Source: Lama glama
Lineage: Eukaryota
Assembly (NCBI GenBank): GCA_028534125.1
Contig: CM052816.1
Span: forward strand, 74,154,001 to 74,218,000
Length of the DNA: 64,000 bases
Direction: 5' to 3'
The position numbers were made by a program, and so were the translations under genes. Of this stretch, positions 57,201 through 64,000 are shown piece by piece (the stretch's first letter is position 1; every line of letters starts with the position of its first letter). The notes under the pieces are model-generated. The model was not told the origin of the DNA. It was given only the letters and a program-made list of their open reading frames with translations, and searched no databases.

Positions 57201-58261
57201 TGGCGCTTGAAATGGGTATCCCAGCATCTGGTCCTTGACGTCATATTTCTTCCATTTTGTTTTGTGAGAATCAGGCCTCCTCACAGCTCTCCCTGACTGC
57301 CAGGCCCACGTCCATTCTGACACATCCCCCACCACCTGGGACAGTGCTGCTCACACTGAGCTCAACGGCTCACATGACAACTTTATCTTTACTCTTGTTA
57401 CCACCTAGCTTCTCTGTGGGGGAAATTACTTGTACTTTGGGTCGTAATCGCTCATATTTACACTAAAGTAGGAAGACCAAGCTACTGGTTTTCTTCTCCA
57501 GACTTTCTCCTCTCACATAGTTGTAGCTGGCAACACATCCTCCCAGCTGAAGCCGAAACCCTTGACTCCTCTTTTTATCTTATATCTCATGTTCAGTCTG
57601 TCAGCAAGTCTTATTGCCTCTACTTCCAAAATATATCCAGAACATGGTCACTTTATCCCATTATTGCCTAAACCACAATCATCCCATTATTACCACTGAG
57701 TCCAAGCCACCATTGGGTTTTGATTATTTTCTAGTTATAGTTCCTCTAGCTGGTCTCAGAGCTTCTGTCTTACCTGGCCTCCACCAGCCCCAAACCAACA
57801 TTTGTCTGTTTCAAACAAAGCATCTAGAAGATCCTTCTAAAAGATCTCAGATCATGTCACTTCTCTACTGAAAACCCTTTCAATGGCTTCCCTTCTCACT
57901 CAGAGTAAAATCCAAGACTCTTAAAATGGACTTCAAGTCCTGTCCGATGTGGTCCCCTTCATCTTTGAGTCGTCTCTTCCAATCTCCACCTCACTCAGTC
58001 CACTCCAGCCAAACTGCTCTTGAGGGCACCATGCCTGGTCCTCCCTTCCACAAAATCCTACCGATCCCTTAAGGATCATGTTAGGTGTTACCTCCCTCAG
58101 GCAGCTTCTGCACCCAACCACCTAATCCAGGTGAAGTTCTCTTTTGTACTTTCTGCGTTTGTGGCTAGCACTGTGATAGTCTCCACCTCTATGTACAATT
58201 ATGACTTCTCTCTCATCAGATTGTAAGCTCCCTAAGTGTAGTGATCATATTTGACTTACAC

Positions 58262-58745
58262 TATATTCTTAAGAGCTACAGTAATCGAGACAGTGTGTAA
58301 GGTTAGACCAATAGATCAAAATAAGAAGTCCAGGAATTGATCTACATATAGAGTCGACTGATTTTCCACCAAGGCACCAAGCCAATTCGGTGGGGAAAGG
58401 GAAGTCTTTTTTAACAAATGATGCTGGATCTACGGAGTGTCTGTGTAAATAAAAGTTGAAACTTGACCTTTATTTCACACTATACACAAAAATTAATCTG
58501 AGATGGGTCATTGACTTAAACATAAAACCTTAGGACCATGAAGTTTCTAGAAGTATACACAGGAGAATATCTCCAGGACCTTGAAGTAGGGCAAGTTTTT
58601 TGGGTTGGATACAGAAAGTACAAACCATGATAGGGAAAAAAAAAATTTTAAGTTCAGTTTCATCAGAATTTAAAATTTCTGGGTATCTAAAGATAACATT
58701 AAGAAAACCAACAGACAAATCACAGACTAGACTATATATCCAGAA
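58262..58745 (+). mobile_element. L1 ORF2 3' remnant
   Basis: 'aagagctacagtaatcgagacagtgtg', 'aacaaatgatgctgga', 'cactatacacaaaaattaat'. Confidence 0.7.
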
Positions 58746-58943
58746 CTCTAAACAGTTATCTCGGACACAATAAGTGCTTAATTAAATATTTGTTGAGCAA
58801 AGGTATAAAAAACCTGGCTCTTTTCCACCAAAACACACAGCTATTCTAACGGGTACAGCCAGCTGAGATGTCAATACCCATTGACTGTTGAGCGGGCAGT
58901 GCTATTTAAGAGGGGAAATCCGTTGTGTTGGAGGAAGGAAAGG

Positions 58944-59403
58944 TGTAACTGAGCAGGACTATGGGGGGCTTCCCCAGACAGATCTCTCTCCCATCTCCTC
59001 TGCTGTAGCTCCTCTCTGAAGTACCTGGGTAATAGTATCTCACGCATATTTCCTGAGTGTTTCAGATGCCTAAAACCACCACCAAATGGAAGGAATTAAC
59101 TACTTGATGATCATGAGCACGTAGCCCCCAGACCTTCTGGCACCTAAGGATTGATCACCAATCAGAGATCAACCAATCAGAGAATTGTGCACAGCTGATC
59201 ACACACCCTGGGCCGCTCCTCCCTCAGCTGGCCTTTCAAAATGCTCAGCTAAAACCCTTCAGAGAGTTTGGGGCTTTTTTGGGCAGAGCCACTCATTTTC
59301 CTTGCTCAGCCCTGCAGTAAACCTTTCTCTGTTCCAAACTCCAATGTTTTGGTATTGTCTGGCCCCACTGTGCATCAAGCACACGGACTTGCATTTGATA
59401 ACA
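58944..59403 (+). repeat. 5' LTR of the provirus
   Basis: Direct repeat of 63715-64000 (tgtaactgagcaggac...ggcctttc). Confidence 0.9.
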
Positions 59404-62400
59404 ATTTTAGTGAAGCCTGCCTAGAAGTCTGTGCCCATGGCAGCCCTCTCCCTGGGTCTCGGGCAGCTACCAGAGCTCACTTTGCTCCAGGGAACGGGGA
59501 GGGGCTCTCCCTGACAGCTGCTGCCCCCGCCAGGGCACAAGGCTGTTTGGAGCCGAGAACTGTACGGAGCTCCACATTGTGTCGCCTAGGGGTGAGTGGC
59601 TCCAGCTTGCTCAGGCTGGGAATTCTCTCCACTCTATCTGGGCTCATTCCTTTCTGGGCAGTGAGCCACTCTGGGTCTGGTTCTCCTTCAGGAGCTAGAC
59701 CACTCTGGAAGTCTCTGGGCGTGAAGGTGGAATTTCGGGGCTATATTTCAGGCTGATCTGATCTTTTGTTTGGGGGACAATGTTTGTGTGTGTGTGTATC
59801 AGTACTTGCACAGGCCAGTTGAAATGTCTTTGGTGAGTAACGGGCTTGTGTGTGACAACACCAGGATGTCCCTCCCTATTGTGTTGGTGGAAATTTTCCC
59901 CTTCTAGCCTGGGTCTTTCATTCACCTTCATCTCTGATGGGACATGCTTGGGGTTCTCCCCTTTCGGACTGACGGGGCATTGGTTGGGAATGTCTCTCTC
60001 TGAGGCTAGGGAGCTGTGATCCTGAGAGACTATTTTGAATTGTTTGCTTGATATTTGATAACATTGGCTGTGAATAATTAAGTACAGATAATCAGAGCTC
60101 TGTTCCATCTTATAGTCCCCCTAGGGTATATTCTGCAAAACTGGGAGATCTTCAGCTGTGCTTCCATTAATAAAAGAAAAAGATTTTTTTTAAATTGTAA
60201 CACCTGTGTGGGCTCAGCACTCCCTGAGATTTGAACAATGGCCACTAATGGCTCTCCTATTATATCAAATGGGTTTTTTTTGCAGTTTGGCTTTTATCTG
60301 GGTGGGGGTGGGGTGTGTATCTTGGTACATGAGTCCAAATCCTGTTCTCTCTTCCTGGTTTTGCTGAAAGTGAGGCACATGAATGTGAATAATATATATA
60401 TATATAAAATTGTCTAGTGGATATTTGGGAATTGGAAAAAAAATCCCTGAAAATAGATAAGACGGTTGAGGTTGATAAAAAGCAGTTAAGAGGAGGGATA
60501 TGCATTTCTCTTCCTGTGCCTTTGAGATGTGCCTGGGCTCTTAAGGAAAAAAAAAAAAGATTTTCTTAAAACTCAAGTGGAAAAACTGAGATCTCTGGTT
60601 CTGTCTGCTTTTACATAAAAAATTAACTTGTAAATGAGCTCTATTTAATTGACTTAAAAGAAGGTGCTTACAAATTAAATACTTCTAAGTATAAAAGAAG
60701 CTAGACAGAATAAATTTCAGTCTTATGTGATCTGGGAAATAGTCAATATTGAATTGATATCTGATATAAAACTAGCTTAAGCTTATTAGTATAATCAATA
60801 CAGACATGTCTTTCACTGTACCTAGGTTTACTGAAGGTCAGTAAGTTCATGTATGTTGCAGAGTTTGTCAGCGGAAAGAAAAAGATTTAACTTGGTATGA
60901 TGAAATTCTTACAGGTGAAGTAAATGCAAGTGAGATAAGAGCTTTTGGGTAAATGCTTTAGAAACAATTGTTTTAGGAATATCTACTTGAAAATGAGCTC
61001 TTCAGATATTTGGTAACTTGAAATTTTAGAGTTGTGCTAAATTAAGATAAATGATGGAAGTTTACTGAATAGTTAGGTCATTCCCAAACAAAATAAGATA
61101 CTGAAACAGTCACTGGAAATTAAGATTTTTAAGAGGTGAGGGTTCTAATTTTAAAATGTTCATTAAAATTATTAAAATAATAAAGGAAATATTTCAGTAA
61201 ACAGTAGGGAAGTAGGATATATGTTTTGAGTAAGAAAAAATGAGAAATGGGTTAAGGAGGGTGGAGGGATAAATTGTGAGTTCGGAATTTGCAGATAACA
61301 AAAAATAAAGTTCAACGCCTTAAAAAAAATGAGGAATGGAATTGCATTTTGTTAAAGAAAAAGATTTGGTTCTAGAGCTTGTTTTTTCTTGATTGTGGAA
61401 AAACAAGAGGCAAACTAATTATGGATACAAGAAGTTGTGCAAAGTTTGCAGAAAGGGAGACTTTCAAAAAGGAATTCTGGGTATGGTTGGACTGAGATTA
61501 GATTGAACTTAATTGGCTGAATGGATTTTGTTATTAAAGGTAGGCTTTTTCAGGACTAGAATTGGATTTTCTCTGTTTAGAGAACAAGTTTACTTAGAAT
61601 GCTTCTGATAACAGATTGTATGAAAACTCTTTGCTATTTTTAACAAAATTTCTATCAAATTCTAATTCAAGTTCTTGGGAATTCAACTAACTTTCAGATG
61701 TTTCAGAAGGCCCCGAAGGCATCTCATAGAAAATATTAAACTAACTAGGTTTGGCTGGTATGTTAAATTACATGGGAAGCATTGTCAAATAAATGATAAG
61801 CCTCCTCAGATTATATGGTATGGATAAATGTTATTAACATAGCCGTTCTAGAAATTATATAGAGTTTCTGAAATTTGGGTGTGTCCTGGGATAATGCCAT
61901 CAGTCATAATTCTGGTTGTTTTCTTAGAATGTTGTATGTCACAGCAACTTGACTAAGCTGCTTTGTCAAGGACATTGTGATTGGATCTTTTGTCTTGCCC
62001 TTTGGGGTCTTTTGTCAGTTATAGACAGTTAAGCTGATGCTTTGCAGGACTGCCTCATCTTCAAGAGGATTTGTAAAGGAGACCTTCTGACAGGTGCTGG
62101 TTTCTTTTAGATCATACTGCTGAGCTGGGTAAGATATTTAAGAGGTCTAGTGGAGACTGATTTCACGGAACTGTTCACAAGGGGGATTGGCTGCATAGGG
62201 TTGGGTGAACTAATGAATGTGGTTGTAGTTTTTTGGTTTTGTCTGAGATATTGCTGGCTTTTGATCTACATTTTTTAATTAAACTGGTTACCAAATGCTT
62301 GTCTCCCTATCAATATTGCCCTTACGTTTAGAATAGAAAGAGAATTCTCTAACAGAGTTGATAGAATCTAACTACTTACAATGTATAACAATGCTTGCCT

Positions 62401-63155
62401 TAAGAATATTGCTAAAAGCACATATACAATGCTTGTGTAACAACTGGGTATAAGCGATAAAATGTATGGTCTATAAAGTGTTTCTCCATTAACATACCTC
62501 TGAGCCTGTTCACAGTATCTGATTAGTTCTCTCCCAGTGTGGGTAACTAGGCAAATAAAATGGGGCCTAGCAGCAAGGCACATGGTCTAAACCTGGGGCA
62601 GGAGCTACCACTCTAGCATTGAGGGACAGATATTTTGCTCATTAATGTTTCTATTGAAAGATTTGTAATCAAAAAGGGAAATGATGGAAACATCTACACG
62701 TACTGAGGTATGCAGAAGTCATTCTGGCCTACGCGTGGTTTGACTTGAACTTTACTGACCAAGTGGCCTGTTTTATGGCCTTTTGGACATGCACTGTACA
62801 TCTGCTTTGGCCTGGAGGAGAGGAATGCATTTGAAAGTCAAAATGGAGTAGCTGTGATTCAGAAATCCAAGGTAAAACTAGGTAGCCATTGTGGACATGA
62901 TTTCAGACATGTTCCTGTATTGTCAAACGTGAATTTTCTGAGCTGTGTCACACTCAGGATGCCATCAGCCATTCTCAGAGCAGTGTCTGCTGGCAGATGG
63001 CAGCTGCAATCTTATGACCTCAGGGCCTCCTCTTGTAACTTAAATTTCTAGACACTAAAATTGCTTTAAATCAGATGTTAGCAGAAAAAAGGAGATGCCT
63101 AGTGGCCAATAGCTCTTACCATATATATGTTAATACCACATCAAAAGTTAAAACC

Positions 63156-63304
63156 GAGGGAGGGTATAGCTCAAGTGGTAGAGTGCATGCCTGGCATGCA
63201 CAAGGTCCTGGGTTCAATTCCCAGTATCTCCTCCAAAAATAAATAAGTAAACCTAATTACCTCCCTCCCCCCGCCAAAGACAAAAAAAAAAACAACTAAA
63301 AAAA
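63156..63304 (+). mobile_element. tRNA-Ala-derived SINE (Vic-1-like) inserted in the ERV env relic
   Basis: GAGGGAGGGTATAGCTCAAGTGGTAGAG...GGTTCAATTCCCAG; A-rich tail; perfect 13-bp TSD aaaagttaaaacc at 63143-63155 and 63305-63317. Confidence 0.9.
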
Positions 63305-63714
63305 AAAAGTTAAAACCTACTCAGATCAAAGGAGACAACTGGCTACGTGTCTACAAGTTCCCCCCAAAGTACCAACTCCAGATTGGTTTTCAGGCTTAGT
63401 CTCTTGAATTCCTCAGAGAATGAACTCTTAATCATACAAGACTCAGGTTCAGAACTTGGAACTTGGGAATATTTCCAACTTGGTGTCCATTCCCCAAATT
63501 GAGGTAGGACTATACCCCGTTTCATCAGGAAGTAGCCAGAGCAGTTGTCACCCCATTGCCTGAAAGATTGGAGAAGGATGAAAGAGGATTGGAGATTGAA
63601 ACCGAGTTCCTCTGCTGAGTTTATGGGTAACCTCTCTATGCAAACATCATTCCCCTTCTTATCCAACACCTGCTCTCCTCAACGACTGAGAAGTGTCAAA
63701 GAAAAGGGGGGAAC

Positions 63715-64000
63715 TGTAACTGAGCAGGACCCTATGGGCAGCTTCTCTAGACAGACCTCCCCCGCCCCCATATCCTCTGCTATAGCTCCTCTCTAAAGTA
63801 CCCAGATTATAGTATCTCATGATATTTCCTGAGTGTTTCAGATGCTAAAAACCACCACCAAATGGAAGAAATTAACTACTTGATGGGCTCATAGCCCCCA
63901 GACCTTCTGGCACCTAAGGATTGATCACCATCAACCAAAGAATTGTGCACAGCTGATCACATACCCTTGGCTGCTCCTCCTTCAGCTGGCCTTTCGAAAT
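63715..64000 (+). repeat. 3' LTR of the provirus (partial)
   Basis: Follows PPT aaagaaaaggggggaac; aligns with 58944-59241. Confidence 0.9.

Larger units (their letters stand above)
58944..64000 (+). mobile_element. Non-autonomous ERV1-class provirus; 3' LTR cut by window edge
   Basis: 5' LTR 58944-59403 (TGTAAC...ATAACA, AGTAAA 59316); degenerate tRNA-Arg-like PBS ~59408; gag MA relic ~60084-60255 (NQSSVPSYSP/LGYILQNW...CNT...EQWP); env TM relic 63048-63155; PPT 63698-63714; 3' LTR from 63715 matches the 5' LTR; no pol recognised. Confidence 0.88.

Noticed and set aside
59185..60108. ORFs in the ERV LTR/leader as functional gag
   Set aside because: They lie upstream of the true gag relic, which has lost its ATG and is frameshifted.

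Overview
This is mammalian genomic DNA, most likely camelid, judged from two tRNA-Ala-derived Vic-1-like SINEs. It holds two convergent protein-coding genes. (1) HMGCS1 (cytosolic HMG-CoA synthase, + strand) is complete: a CpG-island/TATA promoter with tandem SREs and CCAAT boxes (~2600-3140), non-coding exon 1, an optional 61-nt 5'UTR exon (7972-8032), nine coding exons (13180-19904; 1563 nt = 520 aa; catalytic E95/C129/H264 intact) and a 3'UTR with tandem polyA signals. (2) NIM1K (AMPK-related kinase, - strand) has three coding exons (48032-47741, 32724-32456, 29823-29074; 1311 nt = 436 aa); its first exon and promoter probably lie beyond the right edge. The rest is mostly transposon debris: a decayed ERVL provirus between the two 3' ends, a near-complete non-autonomous and apparently chimeric ERV1-type provirus (58944 to the window end), a 5'-truncated HNRNPA1 retrocopy in a NIM1K intron, and L1/L2/MIR/hAT remnants. 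I cannot demonstrate a wholly new system. The best leads are a CaaX (CSIL) prenylation box on NIM1K next to the mevalonate-pathway gene, a strong-Kozak 3-codon uORF just upstream of the NIM1K start, a frame-intact hnRNPA1 low-complexity/M9 retrocopy, and several chimeric retro-insertions. Repeat family names are from recall and need Dfam/RepeatMasker confirmation.
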